Shown here in pieces: positions 12,064-23,712 of a stretch of DNA of 56,623 bases (position 1 is its first letter; every line of letters begins with the position of its first letter). A program made the translations under genes and the position numbers. The notes below the pieces were generated by a model. The model was given only the letters and a program-made list of their open reading frames with translations, was not told the DNA's origin and searched no databases. This stretch comes from Octopus bimaculoides (taxonomy: Eukaryota). The stretch covers positions 16,073,181-16,129,803 of the forward strand of contig NC_068988.1 of the NCBI RefSeq assembly GCF_001194135.2, given 5' to 3'.

Positions 12064-13030
12064 GACCAAGGGAAATTATTTTGGTTGCCTCTCCCTTTTC
12101 CGTTCTTATAAAAACTAACACAGGTAAATGATTCTTCTCTCTCCTAGACAAACACACCAGCAACTCAGAGATACAGGAAAATATCTAATAGACGTTCTAT
12201 GAAATTATCATATAGCTCCTGCTATGTCATTTACACGTGGTCAATATCAGGAACTTAAATCCAGTTACAACTATCGCGACCCAGGATCCTGTTCACTTCA
12301 CCAACGATGCATGATTAAATCTATCATATATGAGGTAGAAGTTACTGCAACCATAATAATAATACATAAGATAAGAACACCCATACTGGATTATGTGAAG
12401 GGAAATTTAAAAATCGTTATGCTAATCACATAACCTTCTTCCGACATAAAGGACAAAGGCCAAGATATTAAGTTGGTTAGCGAAGTATGGAGTTTGAAAG
12501 ATAACGAAACACAACATGTGATTAAGGGGAAAATAATTGAGATATCCAAACCTTATAATCCATACCGAATAAATATAGGCTTTGTTTAGCTGAAAGATCG
12601 CAGATCCTGTTCAGATCTAAGATCCCTAACTCTCCACTGAACTCTAGCTCAGAAATTTTCAGCGGTTGCAAGCGTATATTTTAAAGAATAGGAAAATTCC
12701 ACCTATTCCCGATTACCTTGTTGACATCTTTCTAGCCTCATAATTTAAGGTCTAAGGAAGATAACCCTTTTACCTTTTTACTTTTCACTTTTCTACATTT
12801 TAGTCTTCGTGTTTTCGTTTTCCCTTTTTTACCTTCTATGTTTTCAATATGCAGCCTTCTCAGTTTTTTCACGTTTCTTCTATTCAGTTTTTTTTTTTCG
12901 TTATGATATGTGGTTTGTGCCTCAAGAATATATTCGAGATATTTCTCAACATATGAAACTATTAGTAGCACTTAAAGACACGTACTGAGTCCTTCAAATA
13001 AATAATATTTATCTCTCACCAAATAGAGTA
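12063..13030 (+). mobile_element. Decayed Penelope-like element: linker, GIY-YIG endonuclease, 3' UTR with hammerhead
   Basis: Frameshifted peptides PFSVLIKTNTGK*FFSLLDKH, RCMIKSIIYEVEVTA, TGLCEGKFKNRYANHI, VWSLKD...KPYNP, LCLAERSQIL...PLNSSSEIFSGC match the PLE linker/GIY-YIG pattern. Confidence 0.8.
12917..12971 (+). ncRNA. Hammerhead ribozyme motif in PLE 3' region, core G5 replaced by C
   Basis: GTGC-CTCAAGA-[ATAT..GAGA TATT TCTC..ATAT]-GAAA-CTATTAG-TA-GCAC: stem I GTGC/GCAC, stem II, near-palindromic stem III ACTA T TAGT, GUA triplet. Confidence 0.65.
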
Positions 13031-13105
13031 CTTTTTTTTTTGAATTTTCTATCACAGAACAGTACAACACACACACATACACACATATGTATGTGTATGT
13101 GAGTT

Positions 13106-13138
<33 letters not shown>

Positions 13139-14493
13139 NNNNNNNNNNNNNNNNNNNNNNNNNNNNNNNNNNNNNNNNNNNNNNNNNNNNNNNNNNNNNN
13201 NNNNNNNNNNNNNNNNNNNNNNNNNNNNNNNNNNNNNNNNNNNNNNNNNNNNNNNNNNNNNNNNNNNNNNNNNNNNNNNNNNNNNNNNNNNNNNNNNNNN
13301 NNNNNNNNNNNNNNNNNNNNNNNNNNNNNNNNNNNNNNNNNNNNNNNNNNNNNNNNNNNNNNNNNNNNNNNNNNNNNNNNNNNNNNNNNNNNNNNNNNNN
13401 NNNNNNNNNNNNNNNNNNNNNNNNNNNNNNNNNNNNNNNNNNNNNNNNNNNNNNNNNNNNNNNNNNNNNNNNNNNNNNNNNNNNNNNNNNNNNNNNNNNN
13501 NNNNNNNNNNNNNNNNNNNNNNNCAAACCTTCAAATATATATATATTTCAGAAAAAGAAGTCATACACTACCCAGTTAAAGATTTACTTTCCCATGAAAT
13601 TATACAAAATGAATTAGTTATAATGGCAAATGAGACCAAAAGACAGATTCGAAGAATAATTATTAGCAATTTAGATTTCTTGCTAATAACTGGGCGTTCC
13701 ACGTAGAAATATCAATTATACGGGCAATTATTATGGAAAATAAATGATATAAATCATTCAACACATACCCCGCTTTTATTGCTTTGAAATTATTGTAGAA
13801 TTTATAATTTGCATTAAAATTGATTACTTAATTAAACTCGTATAAGCTAGAAGACACTCAAAATATTCTAACTTTAAAAAAAAAAGCAAAAAAAAAAAAA
13901 AAATCTCTGAAAGACAGACAGGAGCCAGCATGAAAAAGTAGAAGATTGGAAGAAACGAAAAAAGTTAGTTGTGCATAGCTTTTTTAAATTCATTTAACTT
14001 GTATACACTTCTACAAATCGTTCTAAATATTTTATCATCTCTCACACACAGCAATACAAGCAAAAGAATAGAAAAACACGTACACATACACAGAAACACA
14101 CTTTCCCTCTCTCACTCGCATGCACACACACACACATACGTAGATATTATATATGTGTGCGTATACGTGGTTTGCAGTCTGTCTTCATTTTCAATTAAAA
14201 CGACTAACCATGTAATTAATAATTGTCTTAAATATTTTATAGTTAATCTTTTGTGTCTGTCACAAGAATGTAGGCCGCAAATGTCAGATAAACGAATCTA
14301 GTTCTTTATTATTTACTACTAATTGACAAACACCAACTTGATGATTTGTTTAAACGAGATATAAAATTCAATTACATATAAAGTCTGTAAATCAGAAAGA
14401 AAAGAAGAAGAAAATGTGATATAAAAAACAACGGTAACTAATTACAATGTTTTGTCTTTCTTTGAACGCATAGTAATCTAAACACACACACAC

Positions 14494-14554
<61 letters not shown>

Positions 14555-15794
14555 AAATTATAAAATAATAAAGGTAGCTATACGCAATATAAAACCAGTT
14601 GTGACTGAGGTGTACACACACAAGCACACACAGAGACACACACACAGACACACAGACACAACACACACACACATACACACACACACACCGACACACACTT
14701 AGAAATGTGTGTGTGTATGTGTGTATGTAGATAATTATACAGGTTCACACACAGTTACTTATCTGTGTATATATACATATATACATATATATGTATGTAT
14801 TTATACATGTGCGTGTGTGTCTGTGACTGTGCGTCTGTATGTATGTGTGTATAATGATGCTCTTTAGTAAGGGTACATATATGGTTTTAGATTTTAGTGG
14901 CTCTAACCTGTTGACTGTTCTTATGTTGTAATTATGTATATGTTGCTTGAAACCGTGAACATTTTACGGTAGACCTGATTTATCCACTTTTAATATAAAT
15001 TCACTCTAAATTTTCGATAAATATATGAAGTTTATTTTAATACAAGCATCCATTTATGCAGATATTTTATAAAATGAAACTCAAGTAATGTTCAGAGGTT
15101 TTCGTATTTCGTACATTACTGTCCGATAAAAACAAAATCAAATGAAAACAAATTTTATTTTGACTATTATTTTCAATTTTATCCGTTTTCAATTTAATGC
15201 TGAAAGCGAAAGTAACATAAATTCTCATACTGAACTTTCTATTATAATCTGGCATGTTAAACATGAAATCAATGATGTAATACATATATTACGGTGTGTA
15301 TGTAACATTTTACTAAACATTAATCTTAACAAATGAAAAAATATAATTCTTAAGCTCCGATAAGCGTAAATGACAGCTTAAATACCAAAGGAATTTCTAA
15401 TATTTATAAAATAATACATGAAAAATAACTGTTTTATTAAATCTGTTATTTATACATCTTTGTATATAAGTCTCCAAGTCTCCAAATAATCATAAAATTA
15501 TATTCTGAGTCACTAGTTTCTTTTTCTAATATCCAAAGTATTTTATTATACTCAGGAAAAACTCCATTACGTATACGTACATACAACCATACATACTTGC
15601 ACACACACACACACACACACCCACACACATACACACAAAGACACACACACACAGACACACACACACACACACGCACACACACACACTTCTTTTATATTTT
15701 CCCTGTTTCAACCATTGTACTATGGCTATGCTAAAACCCCACTATGCAGGGTTTTAGTCAAACAAATCGCTCCCCAATACAATTTTTAAAGTCT

Positions 15795-15938
15795 GGTTCT
15801 TATTCAGTCGGTTTGTTTTACCGAACTACTAAGCTACGGGGATGTAAATAGATCAACACTGATTCTCAAGTGGTGTGTAGTGACAAGCACCGACACAAAG
15901 ACATACACCACCAGACAAGCGAATATACAAACACACTG

Positions 15939-15973
<35 letters not shown>

Positions 15974-16028
15974 GACACATACGCACACACACACACACAT
16001 ATATAGACACACACGCACATGCACACAC

Positions 16029-16065
<37 letters not shown>

Positions 16066-16228
16066 NNNNNNNNNNNNNNNNNNNNNNNNNNNNNNNNNNN
16101 NNNNNNNNNNNNNNNNNNNNNNNNNNNNNNNNNNNNNNNNNNNNNNNNNNNNNNNNNNNNNNNNNNNNNNNNNNNNNNNNNNNNNNNNNNNNNNNNNNNN
16201 NNNNNNNNNNGAATATACAAACACACTG

Positions 16229-16262
<34 letters not shown>

Positions 16263-16400
16263 GAATATACAACGGGCTTCCACACAATTTGCCCCTACCA
16301 AATTCAAGCACAAAATCCGTAGGTGTACGTGAAGATACTTGCCAAAGGTCGCACGCAGTGAAACTGGACTAGAGACCACGCCCGAGTTTCTTAACTATAG
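15795..16400 (-). mobile_element. Old family A-related SINE spanning a gap
   Basis: CCGAACTACTAAGCTACGGGGATGTAAA ... ACAACGGGCTTCCACACA ... GAAGATACTTGCCAAAGGTCGCACGCAGTG. Confidence 0.65.
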
Positions 16401-16679
16401 AGCCTTGCTCTAAATTTCTCTCGCGGTTCCAAAGCGACGAAAATATTTTGACACAAATTCAATTTTAAAATATACATTTTAAAATATACGCAAACATACA
16501 TAGTGCTAACACGCACTAATCAGATGGGCTGCTGTATTTGGAGGTAAATTTGACTAGACAGTAAACAATTCTTCCTGATTTTGTCAAGAGCCAAACACTT
16601 TTGAGGGAGGGGGAGAAATTCATTACATCGGCATTCAGTGCTGAACATATTATTTTATCTCTTCCCGAAGTTTTAATAG

Positions 16680-16785
16680 CAAAGTCGACTTAAGGGGCAT
16701 TTGAATTCAAAGAGTAAAAAGACAAATGAAATGCTGCTAAGCATTTTGTCCTATGTGGTAAGTATTCACCTGGCTCCCCGCCTTG
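16680..16785 (-). mobile_element. Degenerate family B SINE head
   Basis: AAAGTCGAC...ATTTGAATTCAAAGAGTAAAAAGAC...GAAATGCTGCTAAGCATTTTGTCC. Confidence 0.6.
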
Positions 16786-16802
16786 CCCAAACAGTAAATA
16801 AG

Positions 16803-17000
16803 CCTTTCTACTATGGGCACAAGGCCTGAAATTTCGTGGAAGGTGCCAGTCGTTTGCATCTTCTCCAGGGCTCGACTGGCACATATTTTATCGAAAGGCA
16901 AAACCGACCTCGGTGGAATTTGAACTCAGAACATAAAGACGGATGAAATACTGCTTAGTATTTTCCCGACGCGCTAACGATTCTGCCAACTCGCTGCCTT
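16803..17000 (-). mobile_element. Family B SINE, tail type ii, with internal deletion
   Basis: Reverse complement of family B head and tail ii. Confidence 0.82.
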
Positions 17001-18590
17001 GACTGGACAGTAAATAATACGATCAAGTTAGTTGTGCTGCGCTAAATGAAATTAACGTTGACCAAACAGTGAATAATACAATCATATTAGTATATTTCAG
17101 AGAATAAATTTCTGACGATAAACTACAATACGTGCAGCTGTACAGAGTGGAGAAGGAATTTGTATATACAGATAGCATTACACTTTACCCGTTTACATTC
17201 CTCAACCTATAGTTTCCTATTACCAAATGTTGTAGGAACTGTAAAACAATAACGTACAAATAAAAGACAAAAAGAAAAAAAAGCAGTCAGTACAGAAGCA
17301 CGAACAGACAACAAATTCTAAACTTAGCTTCACTATTGATGTGTAAATCTATGTGTTATGTCCCCTAGGGCTAACATTGGTAAATACATTTGCGTGCAGA
17401 AGCTACTGACTGGCATCTAACGTTTGTTGAAGAAATAAGAGAAGAATAAAAAGAACCGTCAAATTTTCATTAAAACTGATGCGGCAGCCATCTTGATTTT
17501 CGAGTGAAAAGTAAATTACCGACCCATTTTATATTTTTCTTTTAAAATTTGCCGATCTTTGATGTCCTTTTTATGTTAAGACATCTAGTTAGAAAAATAA
17601 AGAATGAATCTACAGTAATTACATTCTATGAAATATCCACACAAGCTAACTTTTAAAAACAACATTATTTATTTTGTTTTCTGCACTAGTTCTCTTAAAT
17701 GTATTGTAAAAAGAAATGCTGGAAAATTGAAAAGATTTCAAAGTGAAGATAGTATTATGATTCTAAGCATCACATTTATTGGATAAATCACGCATGCGTT
17801 TTCATTTCTTTATTATAGATCTCCTACAATCGACAGTAGCGAAAATGAAAGTACTTATTGCTTTCGTTTTATCTTTAATGATTTTTAGCATTGTCTCGTA
17901 ATATTCTGGTGAGAAAAGCTAAACAAAGACAGGTGGTTCTTTATTGTTTCTATGCATGTATTTTTGTAATATCTATGATTTCAAAATCAACTTTATTTAC
18001 TTTTCATAAATAATGTTTAAAAGATCTTACCACGTATTAGAAGAAAGCACCATTCAATAGGGAAAATATTTATGATTCAATGAGAAAATTAAAAACCTAA
18101 AGAAATATTTTAGGATTCCAATACGCATGACAATGCTGGAGTATTATTTGGGAAAATTAAAATTAATTTGTATTTAATTCGTAATTAAATATAGGAGCCT
18201 ACAACCCCTTCTCCGGATAAAAACAATAAATGAAAACAAGTATTCTTGTTTCATATCAATCGAAGACTTCCTTTTTAGGTATAAGGACGTTTTTGTGTAT
18301 GCGTATATGAACATATGGATGGCTATATACATACATCCACAGGATATATGTGTGCATATCTGTGTGCATGTTTCACACACACACACACGCATACACAGAC
18401 ACACGCATACACAGACACACGCACAGTCACACACGCATTCACACAGACAAATACACTCACACACGCATTTACACAGATACACAGACACACATGCACGCAC
18501 ATACACACACACACGCATACACACACACACACACACTTCAACGCACAATTTAGAAGTGTAAATTAAAAGTACAATGTATACAGTGTACGT

Positions 18591-18841
18591 CAGTGGTTCT
18601 CAAATGGGGTACATATGGCCTTTGGCGGTCCATAAAAGATTTTATTATAATTTATTTACAATAAATTGGTTGTACTTCTGCAATACACAAAATATTTTAA
18701 TGTATTTTTAAAATACAATTCCTTATAATATTTAATTACAAAAGTATGAGATTTTTTAAAACATCGAATGACTATGAGGGCCCAGAAGATTAAAATAGGA
18801 ATCAAAGGGTTTCATTGGTAAAAAACGGTTGAGAACCACCG
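18591..18841. mobile_element. Non-autonomous hAT (Charlie-like) MITE, 251 bp
   Basis: TIRs CAGTGGTTCTCAA / TTGAGAACCACCG (12 of 13 match); perfect 8-bp TSD GTGTACGT at 18583-18590 and 18842-18849; AT-rich non-coding interior. Confidence 0.92.
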
Positions 18842-18874
18842 GTGTACGTTATATTTGTTCTATTATATTTCCCA

Positions 18875-19261
18875 GTGGAGGGGCAATGGCCCAGTGGTTA
18901 GGGCAGTGGACTCGCGGTCATAAGATCGCGATTTCGATTCCCAGACCGGGCGTTGTGAGTGTTTATTGAGCGAAAACACCTAAAGCTCCACGAGGCTCCG
19001 GCAGGGGATGGTGGCGAACCCTGCTGTACTCTTTCACCACAACTTTCTCTCACTTTTACTTCCTGTTTCTGTTGTGCCTGTAATTCAAAGGGTCAGCCTT
19101 GTCACACTCTGTGTCACGCTGAATATCCCCGAGAACTACGTTAAGGGTACACGTGTCTGTGGAGTGCTCAGCCACTTGCACGTTAGTTTCACGAGCAGGC
19201 TGTTCCGTTGGTCGGATCAACTGGAACCCTCGATGTCGTAAGCGACAGAGTGCCAATGACA
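18875..19261 (+). mobile_element. Full-length tRNA-derived SINE, family C, with 13-bp TSD
   Basis: A box TGGCCCAGTGG, B box-like ATTTCGATTCC; TSD ATTATATTTCCCA at 18862-18874 and 19262-19274; second copy at 49455-49959. Confidence 0.93.
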
Positions 19262-19550
19262 ATTATATTTCCCATACTTATACATGCTTTAATCCTCACT
19301 CTCCTTTTCTCTTTTCTTTATTCTCTTATCCTATATTTGTCCTTCATTTTCTAGTTTTCGCTCCATTTTAGCACCCACTGACTGCTCGATTCTTTAAAGG
19401 CGCAACACATATGCATTATGTCTTTGGTCTCTGTTCATTAATAAAACCTAAGAAATATATAAATATCTCTTGGAAAATATCTTAGTTTTCCTCGATGATT
19501 AATCATATTACTTCTTGAGAATGAATTCTCTGTTGATTAATCTATGATTG

Positions 19551-19945
19551 TACTCTTTTACTTGTTTCAGTCATTTGACTGCGGCCATGCTGGAGCACCG
19601 CCTTTAGTCGAGAAAATCGACCCCAGGACTTATTCCTTGGAAGCCTAGTACTTATTCTATCGGTCTCTTTTGCCGAACCGCTAAGTTACGGGGACGTAAA
19701 CACACCACCATCGGTTGTCAAGCGATACTGTGGGAACAAATAGAAACACAAACATATACACACACATACATATATATACACATATATACGACGGGCTTCT
19801 TCCAGTTTCCGTCTACCAAATCCACTCACAAGGCTTTGGTCGGCCCGAAGCTATAGTAGAAGACACTTGCCTAAGGTGCCACGCAGTGGGAGTGAACCCG
19901 GAACCATGTGGTTTGGTAAGCAAGCTACTTACCACACAGCCACTC
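19551..19945 (-). mobile_element. Family A SINE, near full length
   Basis: High similarity to 2216-2592 (reverse complement) and 38611-39031. Confidence 0.92.
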
Positions 19946-20278
19946 AAGAAAAAAGAAGAAAGAATATTTTAATTCCACTATGGATGCACATAGGAAAACC
20001 TGTTAGTTTTCTACGAGCTGTTGCAACAGAGTATTTATTTAATACCGTTCTCCAAAATACATGTTATATTTTCTGCATTTTAAAAGGTTTTAGATAACTT
20101 GATGAAACAGGAAATATCTCAAACACAAGAATAAAACGAGCATTTTGTCATGTTAATTAAAGTAGTTTACTTGTTCATAAGTCTATTTACGACTTATAAA
20201 ATTTGTTAAACAAATATACAAGACTTTCCGGATACTGTATAAGATAGTAGTGATTAATCAATTAAGAATATAGGAGAA

Positions 20279-20495
20279 TAAGGTGGCAAACTAGCAGAAT
20301 CGTTCCCTCACCTGGAAAAATGCTCAGCAACATTTCCTCCAACTTGACGTTCTAAGTTCAATATCGCCGAAGTCGACTTTTCCATTAATCTTTCGGGGAT
20401 TAACAAAATAAGTACAAGTTGAACACTGGGATAGATGTAATCGACTAATCTTCTTTATCTAAATTGCTGGCCTTGCGCCACAATTTGAAACAAAT
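20279..20495 (+). mobile_element. Degenerate family B SINE, tail type iii
   Basis: GGTGGCAAACTAGCAGAATCGTT...AATTGCTGGCCTTGCGCCACAATTTGAAAC. Confidence 0.75.
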
Positions 20496-20870
20496 TATAT
20501 AGTCATTTCCCCATCCAGCAATGCCGAGCATGTCTTTCAGTATGTATGCGAAGGCCCGAAGGATTTCTCTTTAAAATATACTGGCAGTTGCCAATGGATG
20601 CTCGTCAGGGATCTGTATCCAAGGGAAAACTCAGCGATTTGGACCGGCATCTCCTGGCATCACAGTGGTCGTAGGCGTTAATCTTAGTATATATAGAGAC
20701 GGATAAGATAATGCAAGGTATATGGTCCAGCACTTTAACAATTTCACCCGTATGTCATGCTGGGTAGGTAATTTTATTTACAGAAAAGCATGATATAAAG
20801 TAAAAAGGGAATTTTAGTAAAATCACATATTGGTGTTCTATGTGTTTTATATTTTACTTGCTCGTATAAT

Positions 20871-21010
20871 GGACGCAGGCGATCCGGTGAGGTAAGAAAT
20901 TTGCTTCTCAACCACTTTGTTTCTGGATTCAGTCTTACAGCCTGCCACCTTTGGTAATTGTCCTTTACTATAACCTTGGGCCGACCAAAACCTTGTGAGT
21001 AGATATGGTT
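20871..21010 (+). mobile_element. Degenerate family A SINE, 5' part
   Basis: GGTAAGAAATTTGCTTCTCAACCAC...CCTTGGGCCGACCAAAACCTTGTGAGT. Confidence 0.7.
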
Positions 21011-21357
21011 TTAATTATTTAATAATTATTTAATAATAGATATTATTTTAGTTATTATCAATCTTTCACTCAGGAGGGAGCCGGTTTCCAACACAGATAC
21101 AACGCTCCATCTTTGGGATGTAATTAACAGACAAATTCACATTTGGAGCTTGAGAGAAGTCTTGCATATTTTTAAGGTTCCACTTACAGATTGCACTTGC
21201 AATGTACGAATTAGCTGGTTGATTTCTCTTTTTGAAAATCCTAGTTTATCCAGATTCTCCTTTACTAACAAAACCTAGTACTCCAATTATTATTGGTATG
21301 AATATGAAATCATAGTCTGGATATAGAAGCTGGAGGTTTCGAAGCAGTTGTCCATAG

Positions 21358-21680
21358 ATATGTATGTATGTATGTATGTATGTATGCATGTATGTATGTG
21401 TGTGTGCGTGTATGTGCGTGTATTTGTGTGTATGTGTGTGTGTATGTGTGTGTGTATGTGTGTATGTGTGTGTGTATGTGTGTGTGTATGTATGTGTGTG
21501 TGTGTGAGTATGTGTGTGTGTATGTGTGTGTATGTGTGTGTGTATGTGTGTGTGTATATGTGTGTGTTTGTGTGCGTAAAAACTGAATTTCTGGTAATAT
21601 GAATAGATGTTTGTATTTGTGAGTATGTATGTGTTTGTGTGCATATATATGTGTGTGTGTGTGTTTGTGTGTGGAGCTAT
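21358..21680. repeat. Compound (TATG)n/(TG)n microsatellite
   Basis: Directly visible. Confidence 0.95.
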
Positions 21681-22430
21681 TTTCCTCTCTCTTTCTCCAG
21701 CATTATTTACCTTTAGCCTACTTTAAAATTTCCTCGCTGAAACTACATTATATTCATTCCTTATCTTCTCTCGTCACTGCTGCGACTGCGCATGATAGAC
21801 TTTGGAATTAATTTCCAGGAGTCATTTACAGTCACATATACAGGCAGATAGCTAATTGATATAGAGATTTGAAAATGATCAGAAACTGACGTCTATAGAA
21901 TTTACTAGATGATTGTTCGTGGTTCTTATGTTTTGAAGGCATTCCACGTATTTATATCAATGAAGAATAGTTTTCTTTTCTAATCTGAAATTAATTGAAA
22001 AAAATCTATATAATTCAGGGAAAATCATGTTCATCAAAATTGAGAAAACTATCAGAGTTCTTACTATAAGGCAGATCGCAACTTTATTATACAGAATAAT
22101 AAGGTAAAACTCTCAAGTAGAAATGTCGGCCGTTGGCTGTATTTTACAGTTACTGTATCTTATATAAAAGTAGTCAAATGTTACGAGTTGTAAGAATTCT
22201 AATTTCAATGACAGCTCTTAAACATTTAGTAATTTCTTTGCAATGTCATTCGTTACAAAAGAGAACAAGGTATGACAGAGACACTTGAACGTAAGAAGAT
22301 ACGAGGGAAAACGATGTTTTATTGTTAGTAGATAAAACAGATGTGATTATTGTCACTCTCAGTTTGAGCTTGCCAGCGAGGCAATTATTGGAAGCTCACC
22401 ACAAATTTTTATACATTTTCTTCTTATAAT

Positions 22431-22470
<40 letters not shown>

Positions 22471-23177
22471 GCTCTCAGATTTATTCAACAAGACTCCGGA
22501 TAGAGAACAAACTCGCTTACAGAACAAGAGGGATCTAAATACATTTCAAACTGCGAGCTACGAAAGTTCGTGTATAAAATAACAAGAAACTGACATAAGA
22601 CGATGTGAAAATAATCCAAATGATAGGAAATCTTAAAAATAATCGCACCCAAAAAGATATATGAATGAAAACCGAACGACTTCAATGCAAAAACACGTAA
22701 CTTAATGTCGATTATTTGAAGAACTTTTAGAAACGTAAATACAATCGATACCGTTTAATAATTCACAATTTAGAAAATATATTTTCCAATATTTCAGATT
22801 TAATAAGCCCAATTTTCAAACTAATATACTACAACACACGTACATATACACATACTCACGCATTTTATTATCGAACGTATATACTAGACGTAAGAACGTA
22901 CGTACATGGCGTACACATGTACGAATTTACAGTATAGAATTGTGATGAACCATCACCTCGGACCCTGCCATAGGAATACTTGCCATAAAAGTTCTTCACT
23001 AGTCTAAGTAATATTATTAGCATGGTGTGCCAACAGAAACCAGAGAGCTTATGAATTATTTAACCCGGATTGATAACCCCTCACTATTACAGTTCTATAT
23101 TTAAGAGATAAGGAATTATGTACATTCTTTACATTAGTTACATTTGACGGTTATTTCTCCTCATCTTGGTTGTTGCT

Positions 23178-23223
23178 AACAGAATGTTTCGGCTGATATA
23201 CCCTCCAGCCTTCATCGGGTGTC
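23178..23223 (-). ncRNA. Minimal type I hammerhead motif, left arm
   Basis: GACAC-CCGATGA-A-GGCTG GAGGGTATAT CAGCC-GAAAC-ATT-CTGTT; intact 5-bp stem II; U4 replaced by C, stem III G replaced by A, one stem I mismatch. Confidence 0.7.
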
Positions 23224-23462
23224 TTGGTGAAATTTCGAACCTGGGTTCTCATTCCTATGGTATTTTTCGATGTTGTTGTTGCTGTTGTTGTTGTTGTTAT
23301 TATTCAGGTCACTTCCTGGAATGGAACTCGGAATGTTGGGGTTAGTAGTGCGTGCTCTTAACCACTACGCCCACGGACATATGGCGTAGTGGTCAAGAGC
23401 GCAGGCTACTAACCCCAAGATTCCGGCTTCCATTCCAGGAAGTGACCTGAATAATGATAACA

Positions 23463-23493
<31 letters not shown>

Positions 23494-23566
23494 GAGCAAC
23501 AACTGCAACAAGAACAACATCGAAAAATACCTTAGGAATGAGAAACCAGCTTCAAAATTTCCCCAA

Positions 23567-23612
23567 GACATCTGATGGAGTCTGGAGGGTATATCAGCCG
23601 AAACTTTGTGTT
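23567..23612 (+). ncRNA. Minimal type I hammerhead motif, right arm
   Basis: GACAT-CTGATGG-A-GTCTG GAGGGTATAT CAGCC-GAAAC-TTT-GTGTT; A9 replaced by G, one stem II mismatch, stem III G replaced by T. Confidence 0.7.
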
Positions 23613-23667
23613 AACAACAAACAAGATAACAAATATCCGTCAAATGTAAATAATGTAAATAATGTAT

Positions 23668-23712
<45 letters not shown>

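Larger units (their letters stand above)
23121..23666. mobile_element. 546-bp palindromic element: two head-to-head arms, each tRNA-like head + triplet tract + hammerhead + (TGTAAATAA)n end
   Basis: 23121-23371 is the reverse complement of 23383-23666 apart from substitutions and triplet-tract length; 11-nt spacer CACGGACATAT; A box TGGCGTAGTGG on the right arm, B box-like GTTCCATTCC. Confidence 0.9.

Noticed and set aside
15731-15757. 9-bp stem hairpin CTAAAACCC/GGGTTTTAG
   Set aside because: Isolated and expected by chance at this window size; bacterial terminator logic does not apply
15921-16262. ~52-bp direct repeat flanking the gap at 16066-16210
   Set aside because: Identical and gap-adjacent; probably an assembly artefact
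18875-18960. tRNA gene at SINE heads (also 23383-23440)
   Set aside because: A and B boxes present but no complete cloverleaf; each continues into a repeat body
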